From: a virus
IMG/VR virus record: IMGVR_UViG_3300037475_000064
DNA: 64,000 bases
Strand: one strand, 5' to 3'
This document shows positions 32,734-40,989 of the stretch, piece after piece. Position 1 is the first letter of the stretch; each line of letters starts with the position of its first letter. Made by a program: the position numbers and the translations under genes. The notes beneath the pieces were generated by a model. It was not told the origin of the DNA and did not search any database. It saw only the letters and a list, made by a program, of their open reading frames with translations.

Positions 32734-32923
32734 CGAAGCTCCGTATCCATTTGAGCACGCTCTCGGTAGGGAGCCACGAGAACGGGCGATTGTACAAGAC
32801 GGCGACCATCGTCTCGCGTTGCTGCTCCCTGATCTGGGCATTCCACCCGGGATGAGCTTTGCGCGCGTTATCGATCTCGATTAGATCGGCGCGTTGTTGG
32901 GCGCTTAGCCACACGTTTTGCAT
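32720..32923 (-). CDS. hypothetical protein (67 aa)
   Basis: Internal ATG (MQNVWLSAQQRADL...). Confidence 0.4.
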   Translation of the reverse strand: MQNVWLSAQQRADLIEIDNARKAHPGWNAQIREQQRETMVAVLYNRPFSWLPTESVLKWIRSFDAQD

Positions 32924-33098
32924 CTCCAGTTTTGTTGGCTCGGTCGAATAGCAGCTTGAGCCGCGTCTGCAATGCGTGCGTGTTGGCGTTGAACGTGGCC
33001 AGCCGCACGTTGTAGCTCGTGAGGTAGATGCCCACGCGACCGTCGCGGCCCTCGCGCACCTCGTAGCCCTCAAACCATTTCAGGGTCGGTTCACCCAT
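32868..33098 (-). CDS. hypothetical protein (76 aa)
   Basis: ATG at 33098 overlaps upstream stop (ATGA). Confidence 0.4.
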   Translation of the reverse strand: MGEPTLKWFEGYEVREGRDGRVGIYLTSYNVRLATFNANTHALQTRLKLLFDRANKTGDAKRVAKRPTTRRSNRDR

Positions 33099-33298
33099 CA
33101 CATCAAATCCTCAATGTCCTCGACCGGCTGCATCTCTTCGAGCCGCTGGCGCGCCGTCTCCAGTTCGGTGACGCTGTAGGAGTTCTCGATACAGAAGAAC
33201 AGGAACGGCCTATGCTGGATTGCTCGCGCCAGCGCAAGACACCGGGCGCGTTCGTCCGCGATGTAGTGTTGAATTGGATGCTCCATAATGTAGCTCAC
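33098..33298 (-). CDS. hypothetical protein
   Basis: 66 aa, GTG start in a GTGA overlap. Confidence 0.45.
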   Translation of the reverse strand: MSYIMEHPIQHYIADERARCLALARAIQHRPFLFFCIENSYSVTELETARQRLEEMQPVEDIEDLM

Positions 33299-33513
33299 TT
33301 CTGGACCCGATCATGCCGACGCGCCGTGCTCTTCCTAGCTTTGGCCCGCCGTTCGTTCTCGGCCTTGAACGCCTCGTCGCACGCCTCTTTGCCGTGCTCC
33401 ATGACGAACTTGTTGAGATTAAGCCGCGCCTTGATACGCTCCAGTTGGTTGCGAGAGCCGCAACCGTCCACGAGCGCGTTGAACTTCCTGCGTTGGGCGG
33501 GCGTCAGGATCAT
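33295..33513 (-). CDS. hypothetical protein (72 aa)
   Basis: ATG at 33513 (MILTPAQRRKFNAL...) with ATGA overlap. Confidence 0.45.
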   Translation of the reverse strand: MILTPAQRRKFNALVDGCGSRNQLERIKARLNLNKFVMEHGKEACDEAFKAENERRAKARKSTARRHDRVQK

Positions 33514-34097
33514 GACGGGCTCTGCCAGTGTGCCCAGACTTGCCACGCCTGCACGATGCAATCATAGACCGGCTCGTGTGCTACGCCCGGGATGTCGAGC
33601 GCGTCGCCGATGGGCACGAGGCGCATCGCCGGGGTCTCGCGGCAGAACGTCCGCATGTCGCGCGGAGCCTGATAGTGCCACATATTGTCCTTACTGATGC
33701 CGATGTCCTCAGCGAGGCCGATGATGTTGCTGAGATCGAATTGTGTGCCGTTGGCCCAGACGCGCGTCCGGCCCTCGCAGAACTTCTGCACGAGCCCAAT
33801 GGCTTCGTGTGGCGAATGATGTTCGTCGGCATCAACCCAATGCCGCGATGCCTCGTAAGGCTGCTTGGCCCAAAATTCCTGAGTGCTGACATCGACACGG
33901 CGACCGAGCGCGAGTTGCGCCGGGATGTCGAGCACGAGCAGCGAACGCTTGCCGACGAAAAGCTGCTTGAGCGGCGCGGGGTCAAACTCGATCATGCCGA
34001 TGCTCAGGATCAGCGCCTTGTGCGGATGCAGCGACATGGTTTCGATGTCAAGCATCACGTGCTCGTAGGGCGTTTCAGAAGGGGATGTCGTCGTCAT
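33510..34097 (-). CDS. DEDDh 3'-5' exonuclease (DnaQ-like)
   Basis: MLDIET (Exo I), ANGTQFD (Exo II), HEPVYDC (Exo III, H-x4-D). Confidence 0.75.
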   Translation of the reverse strand: MTTTSPSETPYEHVMLDIETMSLHPHKALILSIGMIEFDPAPLKQLFVGKRSLLVLDIPAQLALGRRVDVSTQEFWAKQPYEASRHWVDADEHHSPHEAIGLVQKFCEGRTRVWANGTQFDLSNIIGLAEDIGISKDNMWHYQAPRDMRTFCRETPAMRLVPIGDALDIPGVAHEPVYDCIVQAWQVWAHWQSPS

Positions 34098-34494
34098 CGT
34101 CGGCTCCGGGAGTTGGCTGCGGTCGTTGATGCGAGGCAGCCCGCCTTCGGGCGATCTCGATACTGTGCGGGAAGCCGAGTGGCTTGCGGTCGGCGTCCAT
34201 TTGCTGAATTGTATAGCCCAGACGCGCCGCGTGTGTCAACCATCGGCGCGCTGTCTCTTTATCGGCGCACTCAATGCCGACCCGGTCCTTGCGCGACCAA
34301 TCGTAATGCAGCGGGCAGGCGAGGTTCTTCGGCGGCCTGATATCGTGATTGATTGAGAAGCGGAACGGCTTCTCAGTCAGCGCCAGACATTTCTCGGCGA
34401 GCATGAGCGCGACCTGTCGGTCATCGAACGCGGGCGTGATCTCCAGCAGCTTTTGCGAGATCGATTTCTTGTGCATGCCCTTTAGGACGCCCAC
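34075..34494 (-). CDS. hypothetical protein ending in SSB-tip-like DDDDDIPF
   Basis: 139 aa, no OB-fold SSB signature seen; C-terminus ...PGADDDDDIPF verified codon by codon. Confidence 0.55.
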   Translation of the reverse strand: MGVLKGMHKKSISQKLLEITPAFDDRQVALMLAEKCLALTEKPFRFSINHDIRPPKNLACPLHYDWSRKDRVGIECADKETARRWLTHAARLGYTIQQMDADRKPLGFPHSIEIARRRAASHQRPQPTPGADDDDDIPF

Positions 34495-34784
34495 GGATCA
34501 ACTCCCGGCTCAGTGTCCGGCTTGCGCGTCTTCTTGAGGTCGCGCGGATCATATCCCTTGCGGATGCAGTCGGCGACCACGTCGAACGCGTGTGCGACAA
34601 GCTCCAAGTCCTGCGCCGCCTTCTCCCATTTCGGCGCAACGCGGCTGGAGCCGAACCATCCGGTATAGGTGCCCTCCCTGCGGAGCTTGGCCGCGCTCTC
34701 GCGTGAGATATCGGCGCGCATCGTCACGAGCAAAGCGCACCGTTCGGCCTCGTCGGCTCTGATCTTGTCTTCGTCGGTCGTCAT
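34482..34784 (-). CDS. hypothetical protein (100 aa)
   Basis: ATG at 34784 (MTTDEDKIRADE...) with ATGA overlap. Confidence 0.5.
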   Translation of the reverse strand: MTTDEDKIRADEAERCALLVTMRADISRESAAKLRREGTYTGWFGSSRVAPKWEKAAQDLELVAHAFDVVADCIRKGYDPRDLKKTRKPDTEPGVDPWAS

Positions 34785-34963
34785 GTGATCCTCGGCTTGT
34801 TGCACGTCTTGTCCTTGCGCAGACACGCGTCTATCGGAAGGAAGTAGAAGTCGTTGCCCATCTGAGCATGACAGTCGCAAGGCGTGTTATCGGAGAACGG
34901 ACGCTGGTGATCATCGGGAATGATGAAGTGCCGACCGTCAGCCGTGGTGTGGTGCTTAGTCAT
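34781..34963 (-). CDS. hypothetical Cys/His-containing protein
   Basis: 60-aa ORF. Confidence 0.45.
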   Translation of the reverse strand: MTKHHTTADGRHFIIPDDHQRPFSDNTPCDCHAQMGNDFYFLPIDACLRKDKTCNKPRIT

Positions 34964-35201
34964 TGAACGTCACTCCATAAAGATGCAGCACCTCTTTGAC
35001 GCGTCTGATCTCAGCGTCGAGCATCACCACGAACGTATCCCGAACGCACGTGACAGATGTTAGCTCCGCGATGTCGTAGTGATTGCCCGCTCGGGAGACA
35101 GCGCAGACAATGCCATTGTACTTCGCCGCGTCAAGCGCCGCCTCCAGCTTGCGGAACCTCGCGACGGCATCGGCAACCCCATCAAAATTTTCGATCTTCA
35201 T
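34956..35201 (-). CDS. hypothetical protein (81 aa)
   Basis: ATG at 35201 (MKIENFDG...) with ATGA overlap. Confidence 0.5.
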   Translation of the reverse strand: MKIENFDGVADAVARFRKLEAALDAAKYNGIVCAVSRAGNHYDIAELTSVTCVRDTFVVMLDAEIRRVKEVLHLYGVTFND

Positions 35202-35392
35202 AACTGTCTCCCTGCCATGCGCTCGACCACATGCTCCAGCCTTTGCAACCAATCGTCGAGGAAACGCTGATGCCGCTCTAGCGCGCCGTCAATGGTTGAC
35301 GCCGCGCTGCTCATCGTCTCCGCCGCTCGCGCCATGGTGTGGCCCGCGCTGCGAACGTCTTCGGCCCCGATCAGTATCGTGCGGTCGCTCAC
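35198..35392 (-). CDS. hypothetical protein (64 aa)
   Basis: GTG at 35392 in a GTGA overlap with the upstream peptide gene. Confidence 0.4.
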   Translation of the reverse strand: MSDRTILIGAEDVRSAGHTMARAAETMSSAASTIDGALERHQRFLDDWLQRLEHVVERMAGRQL

Positions 35393-35505
35393 TGTGCAAA
35401 CCCCATGACGAAACGAACATAGTGGTCGTACCCGATCATGACCCATGGCAGCGACAGGAAGAACAAAACTAGCCCCATGATGGCGATAGCCAGCTTAAAT
35501 TTCAT
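35389..35505 (-). CDS. 38-aa membrane peptide
   Basis: Hand translation MKFKLAIAIMGLVLFFLSLPWVMIGYDHYVRFVMGFAQ; ATGA-coupled. Confidence 0.4.
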   Translation of the reverse strand: MKFKLAIAIMGLVLFFLSLPWVMIGYDHYVRFVMGFAQ

Positions 35506-35696
35506 CGCACGGCCTCATATGAGTGGCATTTCCAAATCGGGAAGCGCTGGGGTTGGTCCTTATTTTCTTCTGGACCCGCCTTCAAGTCGGTGGCGAGTTG
35601 CTTGCATGCTTCGTAGGTACGAATGCCCGGGATTGCGACATACCCGTAACTAGGATAGCCGATCTGCACGAGAAGTAACCAAGCAACGACAGTCAT
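35502..35696 (-). CDS. small secreted/membrane protein
   Basis: 64 aa, N-terminal hydrophobic MTVVAWLLLVQIGY. Confidence 0.5.
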   Translation of the reverse strand: MTVVAWLLLVQIGYPSYGYVAIPGIRTYEACKQLATDLKAGPEENKDQPQRFPIWKCHSYEAVR

Positions 35697-36070
35697 TATG
35701 ATCTCCCAAGGTATGAGACAGGATAGTGCGTGTAAAGCTCAGGCGTGACCGGGCAGGCGTGAACGCTATCCCACACCATGCCGTCGCGCCAGACAACCCA
35801 ATGCCAGTTACGCGTGCCCACAAGGAAGGACGGAACGACCTTCACGAGAGAGTTGTCCGGGACATCGTACCATGACCGCGACCGCACAAGGATCAACTTC
35901 GCCTTGATATGCGCACGCGCGCCGATCTTCATCATGCGTGTCGTAGTGCCGAATGAACGCTTGCGCCTCCAGTTCGGATGCAGCCGCGCCAGCGCCTTCG
36001 GATACGAAATGCGCTTCAAGTTCGCGAGCGCACAGACGCCGCAGTCGTTGTGACGCGCTGATCTTATCAT
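35696..36070 (-). CDS. papain-like cysteine peptidase (C39-like)
   Basis: NDCGVCALANL (catalytic Cys context) and NWHWVVW (His); ATG at 36070 with ATGA overlap. Confidence 0.5.
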   Translation of the reverse strand: MIRSARHNDCGVCALANLKRISYPKALARLHPNWRRKRSFGTTTRMMKIGARAHIKAKLILVRSRSWYDVPDNSLVKVVPSFLVGTRNWHWVVWRDGMVWDSVHACPVTPELYTHYPVSYLGRS

Positions 36071-36324
36071 CACCACACCTTGCGGGAGTGCTGGAGGTTG
36101 CGTGCGAGCGTTTTAGTCATGGTGATCGCACCGGTGACCAGCCGGGCGCGAAGTTCCTCCCGGACAGCCTTCTCGGGAAAATCCGCGCTTGGGCCATACC
36201 ATTCCTTGAAGAAACGCTTCGAACAATACTCGCCGTCAAGGTCGCGTTCGACGATCTGAAACGCGTCGTCATCGGACATGCGAACCGGCACGCCATGGCC
36301 GACCACACGAATGCACTTAGCCAT
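36070..36324 (-). CDS. hypothetical protein
   Basis: ATG at 36324 (MAKCIRVVGH...). Confidence 0.5.
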   Translation of the reverse strand: MAKCIRVVGHGVPVRMSDDDAFQIVERDLDGEYCSKRFFKEWYGPSADFPEKAVREELRARLVTGAITMTKTLARNLQHSRKVW

Positions 36325-36601
36325 CTTCAAACGCCTTTGCTGTTATGGGGCCGATGTCCCAGACCTTGGTGCCGCGCACGCCGCCCTTGAGAATGCGATA
36401 GCCGCGTGCCGAGATGTAGCCGTTCCACCCATAGCTGATGTATGTGATCTCGTAAAGCCGGTTGAACTTCTTGCAACGCTGGCCGACGAGACGTTGAAGC
36501 TTTTCCGCGTCGTCTCTCCCAGAGCGATGCAAGAGTTCAAGGCTGTCGTGTCGAGCCCTACCCGCTTCGAGCAGTGCGATCTCGTGTGTGCTGATGATCA
36601 T
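36317..36601 (-). CDS. hypothetical protein
   Basis: 94-aa ORF. Confidence 0.5.
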   Translation of the reverse strand: MIISTHEIALLEAGRARHDSLELLHRSGRDDAEKLQRLVGQRCKKFNRLYEITYISYGWNGYISARGYRILKGGVRGTKVWDIGPITAKAFEDG

Positions 36602-36604
36602 CGC

Positions 36605-36823
36605 TCAGTCCTCTTTGTCGTCGCCCCACATCTCAATCGCTTGCGCGAGTTGATGCAGCACCATCACCGGAAGGTCCGGACGCTTTACCGCTTTTTGGAT
36701 ACGCTTGATCAGCACCGCGCGCACGGCAGGGTCTTTGTCGAGCGCCGTTGTGAATGCGCGCTGCTTCTGCGCTGTCGCCGCGATGCGCCTGCCCAGTTCT
36801 CTCGTAAGATCGGTCGGCTTCAC
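36605..36823 (-). CDS. hypothetical protein (72 aa)
   Basis: GTG at 36823 in a GTGA overlap. Confidence 0.4.
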   Translation of the reverse strand: MKPTDLTRELGRRIAATAQKQRAFTTALDKDPAVRAVLIKRIQKAVKRPDLPVMVLHQLAQAIEMWGDDKED

Positions 36824-36957
36824 GACTTGAACTCCACTGAGAACGATCCGATGGCCGCGCCCACGACGAACGCAACAGTCGCATCCCAACTGACGCAGAG
36901 TGCAATCGCCGTACCGAGCACGATAGCGAATGTCCGCTTGGGCTCTTTGATGCTCAT
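36820..36957 (-). CDS. 45-aa membrane peptide
   Basis: Hand translation MSIKEPKRTFAIVLGTAIALCVSWDATVAFVVGAAIGSFSVEFKS; strong RBS GGAGGA. Confidence 0.5.
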   Translation of the reverse strand: MSIKEPKRTFAIVLGTAIALCVSWDATVAFVVGAAIGSFSVEFKS

Positions 36958-37028
36958 CTGATCCTCCGTGGTGTCCTAATAGTCATTCGGCTCGGGGCTG
37001 TCAATCGTCAAATTCTCGGCATGGTTGA

Positions 37029-37277
37029 TCACTTCCCCAACCATAGGACAATCGTGCGCCGCCTTGGCGCGTATCGACCAGTCGCCTCGGGGTTGCCAGC
37101 GATGCGCCATACGAGGCGTGTGAAATCCGGGTCAAGCTTGCGCAGGTCTCGACATAGATCGGTTTTGTGTAGTCGCAGTGAGCGCGGCAATAGACCGCTG
37201 CATCCGACAACCCAGCCGCCCGGTTGTAGATCGCGGAGCAACTCTTTCGGCGTTCCGTTTTTCCAATGATCGGTCAT
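37029..37277 (-). CDS. hypothetical protein
   Basis: 82 aa, ATGA-coupled to upstream gene. Confidence 0.45.
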   Translation of the reverse strand: MTDHWKNGTPKELLRDLQPGGWVVGCSGLLPRSLRLHKTDLCRDLRKLDPDFTRLVWRIAGNPEATGRYAPRRRTIVLWLGK

Positions 37278-37735
37278 GGGTCAAGGTCCAGTCCTGAAAA
37301 TCTGTTGCGTTCCTCTTCCGGCTCGGGCTGTCGCGCTCCGTCCCGGACGATGTCTTCTTCGCGCTCTGTTCGTCGCGCCTCGGCTTTGATCCGCGTCGCT
37401 TCCTCGCGTGTCCAGTCGCCACCGATGAATTTGCGCGCCTCGCTCATCAGTGCGTTCTGCTCGCAATACGGACAGCCGTCGCCGACGATATAGTCGTGAG
37501 TGCATCTCAGCGGTTGAACTTCGAACTTGCTCGTCGCCGTGACCAGCGCCGGGCGCAACCCCGTCAGTTGCTCGGGGCGCTCACGGTCGAAGTTGATCTC
37601 GCTGACGAGCATCGCGATGCGGCGAGCTTCGTCCTTGCTCAGGTTCAAGACGCCAACGCTCCACGGCACGCCGCCGTTGTTGGCGGTCGGCGTCTTGAAG
37701 AGGGATATCTCGGCCTTCGGTTGCTTCGAAGCCAT
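37274..37735 (-). CDS. hypothetical protein, first gene of the leftward early operon
   Basis: 153 aa; CxxxxxxxxxxCPYC cysteines, acidic tail. Confidence 0.55.
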   Translation of the reverse strand: MASKQPKAEISLFKTPTANNGGVPWSVGVLNLSKDEARRIAMLVSEINFDRERPEQLTGLRPALVTATSKFEVQPLRCTHDYIVGDGCPYCEQNALMSEARKFIGGDWTREEATRIKAEARRTEREEDIVRDGARQPEPEEERNRFSGLDLDP

Positions 37736-37797
37736 ATTGATCTCAATTCCGGGTCTGTTGGCCGCTGTCGGTACGCTGCTTTTGGGGTGATGTCAAT

Positions 37798-37830
37798 GGT
37801 GAGAAAAGAGGTGAGAAATTTGGTGAGAAA
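37798..37830 (+). repeat. iterons: 3 x GGTGAGAAA at 12-bp spacing
   Basis: Copies at 37798, 37810 and 37822; immediately upstream (minus sense) of a TTGACA at 37791-37796. Confidence 0.8.
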
Positions 37831-38032
37831 TTGGGCGTTTGGGGTCGATTTTCACTGTTTTTGGGTCGGATTTCATTTTCGCCGACCCGCATAAACATTG
37901 GGTTTCTTGCATCGCGGAGGCCCGAAAACAGGGTCTTTTTCGGTCGCTAATCGGTCGTCCGCTGGGGGCCGCGATAAACCTTAACTCTTGCTAACGTGCT
38001 CTGATCAAAGCTCAATTCGGCGCGCGGCCCAA

Positions 38033-38121
38033 TTTCTCACCTCTTTTCATTTCTCACCTATTTCTCACCAAATTTCTCATCTTATGTCGTTGATAACACA
38101 ACAATTTCTCACCTTCTCACC
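38033..38121 (-). repeat. iterons: 5-6 copies of the same 9-mer in opposite orientation (TTTCTCACC)
   Basis: Copies at 38033, 38050, 38061, 38073 (degenerate), 38105 and 38114. Confidence 0.8.
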
Positions 38122-38174
38122 TCTTTTACATATTCTTTAGTGAGTATGGTGTGTGTATAGGAGTTGACGAATTT

Positions 38175-38191
38175 GGTGAGAAGGTGAGAAA
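38175..38191 (+). repeat. iterons: 2 adjacent GGTGAGAA(A) copies
   Basis: GGTGAGAAGGTGAGAAA. Confidence 0.7.
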
Positions 38192-38220
38192 TCGGGTCAC
38201 TTTTGGGGCCTTTGGCTCAT

Positions 38221-38590
38221 GCAAGGGGTAGCTGCTATTAGGGTTAATTTAGAGTTAAGATAAACCCTGCATCGTGGCGTTTTAACCTTAACAGTTAAGA
38301 TTAATGCGCACGAAGGCCCCTGTGGCGGCTATTAACCCTATCAATTAACCTTAATTTAGGGGTTGTAGGCCCCTAAAGGCTTGATATTATTAACTTTTAT
38401 TCTTTACGTTAATCGCTTAGCCCTGCGTATAGCGCATGCACTCATGCACATGCATCCATATCCCCTTGATATCATTACACTATTGTCGTGATGTTCCATA
38501 CTATATGTTATGCGAATTGACGTTAACCTTAATCACTATGCATTAACCTAAATTGTTTACGTTAATCGCTATTAGTAGTGCTCGAAGCAT
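38221..38590. repeat. AT-rich repeat region (TTAACCTTAA x3, TTTACGTTAATCGCT x2, palindromes)
   Basis: TTAACCTTAA at 38282, 38345 and 38523; 15-mer at 38403 and 38556; GCTATTAGGGTTAA / TTAACCCTAT inverted; ATGCA triplet at about 38435-38452; clearly lower GC than its flanks. Confidence 0.75.
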
Positions 38591-38810
38591 TGACCCCTCC
38601 ACAAGATGGTGCTACCCTAGCCTCGCAGAGATAGGCCGTAGGACCCAGATTTTGCATCGAAGCGCCAGACGCAATGTCCCCCTGCTCGCACACACCGCCT
38701 CGATTTTGAACCGAAATTTAGAAAAATAAAAATATGAGGATTAAGAAAAACTCTTGCCTCCCCAAATTTTTCGTGCTAGGGCAACCTGACAATTTCACAA
38801 GGTCCCCAAC

Positions 38811-39653
38811 GTGACGCGCCTGAGCACATCATCCCCGACGAGGTTCTTCACCGGCAAGCCATGCGTGCGCGGCCACATCGCCGAGCGCTTGATCAGCAAC
38901 AACGGCTGCGTCGTCTGTCAGAACGAACGGAAGGCGAAGCGCGGCCAGTCGCCGGACTATCGCGCCCGCCGCAACGCCCGGCTGAAACGCAAGCGCGATG
39001 AGCGGCGGGAGCCGAGGATATGTGCGGTTTGCTTCGGGGCCTTCGACGCGCAAGAGGGCAACCGCTTCGCGGCTAGGACCTGTTCGCCCGAGTGCGGCGA
39101 GACGTTCTATGCGCGCAACCGCAAAAAGCAGCCGGACAAAGAATGCGATCACTGCTTCGCGATGTTCGCGTCGCGCAACCCGGCGCAGCGTGCGTGCTCG
39201 CCCCAGTGCAGGGCCGCGCTCGAAGCCGAGCAGCGGGCGGCTCGGACCAAGCCGTGCGTCAAATGCGAGACAGTGTTCAACCTGAGCAGCGACGACAACG
39301 GGCGCAATGGCTTTTGCTCAGACGAGTGCCGGGGTGAGGCCCGTGCAGAGCGATGCGCCTCCGCGTACCAGCGGCTCCGCATCCACAAGCCCGAGGTCAT
39401 CGTCGCGAGGAAAGCCCGATACCGACTTAACCAGCCCGAGGCGTTCATGCGTACTCGGAAAACCATCAACAACCGTCGTGTCGCTGGCGAGACCGCCGCG
39501 TATGAGGTCGCGAAGCAAATGATCCCTGACGCGCTGGCCGGTCTTCCCGGCTATCGTGCCAAGGTTCGCGCGTCTGTCGAGTTCTTGCGTTCGATAGGTA
39601 TGAACCCCAGCAAGCCAACGGAGAAAACTGATGTCCCCCTTCGATCAACTTAA
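38811..39653 (+). CDS. multi-zinc-ribbon protein, first gene of the rightward operon
   Basis: GTG start; FTGKPCVRGH...NGCVVC plus four further C-x2-C/CS-x-EC units, basic linkers. Confidence 0.6.
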   Translation: MTRLSTSSPTRFFTGKPCVRGHIAERLISNNGCVVCQNERKAKRGQSPDYRARRNARLKRKRDERREPRICAVCFGAFDAQEGNRFAARTCSPECGETFYARNRKKQPDKECDHCFAMFASRNPAQRACSPQCRAALEAEQRAARTKPCVKCETVFNLSSDDNGRNGFCSDECRGEARAERCASAYQRLRIHKPEVIVARKARYRLNQPEAFMRTRKTINNRRVAGETAAYEVAKQMIPDALAGLPGYRAKVRASVEFLRSIGMNPSKPTEKTDVPLRST

Positions 39654-40416
39654 AGCCGACATGATCATCCCGCTCATTAAGAGCAACCCGACAGCATCCG
39701 ATAGCGAACTCTTCCGGCTCGCTGTTCGACACTTCGAGAAGAACGAAGGGTCTCGGCAACTGTGCTACGAGTATTTTATCAAGAACGCGCTACTCTCGGT
39801 CGAGCGTGTCAAGCCGCAGGGCGACAACTCAATCGCCGTGCTGCCGCGTGCGCGTGCGAGCGCCCCCGCTCCGGCTCCAGTTCGCGCGGAGGTCGAGCAT
39901 CGTGTGGCCACACCCCAGACCCGTAAGACGATTGTCGAACAGGTTCGTCGCGATGCGCCATCCGCGCCCGCGCCGGTACAGAAAAAGATCGTCGAGGAAG
40001 TCACGAAGCAGTTCGAACGTCCGCTTGTGCGGGCGTCGATTGCGACTGAGGCGGCGCATAACATCCCAGCTAATCCGCACCGGATGCCCGTCGCCCGAGA
40101 GCAAGCGGTCGTCGCCGCTGTTGCCAAGGCGGTAGCAGTTGAGGTGCCGAAAGCTATCGCGAAGATCGACCGCGTCGAGCAAATGAAGGTCGAGGCGATT
40201 GCCTGCGTCCTGCTCGACTATGTATTGCCAGATGGCACGCCGGTCCGCGATGCTACGTTCGGTGCTCTGGCGAAACTCGGCGGTTGGGCGACTGCCGTCT
40301 CCAAGCTCGGCCCGGCGAATGCCAAGGTCGGCGGCCTGCGCGGCGTCAGCGAAGAGACGTTGCAGAACATCATGCGCCGCTTCACCGATGAGACCACCTC
40401 GCGCCGCGTCGCATAA
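39631..40416 (+). CDS. hypothetical protein
   Basis: 261 aa, GGAGA RBS. Confidence 0.6.
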   Translation: MSPFDQLKADMIIPLIKSNPTASDSELFRLAVRHFEKNEGSRQLCYEYFIKNALLSVERVKPQGDNSIAVLPRARASAPAPAPVRAEVEHRVATPQTRKTIVEQVRRDAPSAPAPVQKKIVEEVTKQFERPLVRASIATEAAHNIPANPHRMPVAREQAVVAAVAKAVAVEVPKAIAKIDRVEQMKVEAIACVLLDYVLPDGTPVRDATFGALAKLGGWATAVSKLGPANAKVGGLRGVSEETLQNIMRRFTDETTSRRVA

Positions 40417-40427
40417 CAGAACTTTAA

Positions 40428-40461
40428 CCCTGTCCCGGAGCCGCACTTGCCCGGGACAGGG
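40428..40461 (+). terminator. hairpin after 40416 stop (no U-tract)
   Basis: CCCTGTCCCGG / CCGGGACAGGG, 11-bp stem. Confidence 0.4.
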
Positions 40462-40534
40462 CGGCAATGGTACAAGAGAGTTACCCGGGGCAATTCCGCC
40501 CCGGGCGAGTTCGTCCCCTATGGAGCCGAAGCAC

Positions 40535-40807
40535 ATGAACACCGCCAGACGAAAAGAGATCGCCCGCATCATCGACCTGATCGCGAAGATCAAGGACGAC
40601 TTCGAGGATGCTCGCGACAGCGTCGAGACCGTCGCCAGCGAAGAGCGCGACTACTACGACAACATGAGCCCCAACCTACAGGGCGGCGACAAGGGCACCG
40701 CCGCGAACGACGCTGCTGACGATCTCGAAGAGGCGCATCGCGCGCTCAGCGATCTCGACCTTGACGACGTGATCACTCGGCTCGACAACGCGAAGGGCGA
40801 GCAGTGA
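40535..40807 (+). CDS. hypothetical acidic helical protein
   Basis: ATG at 40535 (MNTARRKEIARI...) with GGAG RBS. Confidence 0.55.
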   Translation: MNTARRKEIARIIDLIAKIKDDFEDARDSVETVASEERDYYDNMSPNLQGGDKGTAANDAADDLEEAHRALSDLDLDDVITRLDNAKGEQ

Positions 40808-40989
40808 TGCAGAAGCCATCCCCCAAGACGCACGTCATCGTCGGCGATCACACCCCCGAGCCGCGTGTCAAACACGAGCCGTTCAACTACACCGGAGCGG
40901 TCTCCGGGCCGCGCCTATGCGCGACGCACGCGCCGGACCCGGATGATCGATACGTCGTCCCCGCGTCCGCAACGCACGGACCGCGCTGA
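40804..40989 (+). CDS. hypothetical protein
   Basis: 61-aa ORF, overlapping start. Confidence 0.4.
   Translation: MMQKPSPKTHVIVGDHTPEPRVKHEPFNYTGAVSGPRLCATHAPDPDDRYVVPASATHGPR

Noticed and set aside
37798-38590. CRISPR array
   Set aside because: The repeats are 9-15 bp, occur in both orientations and lack regular spacers. They behave like iterons or operators rather than CRISPR repeats.
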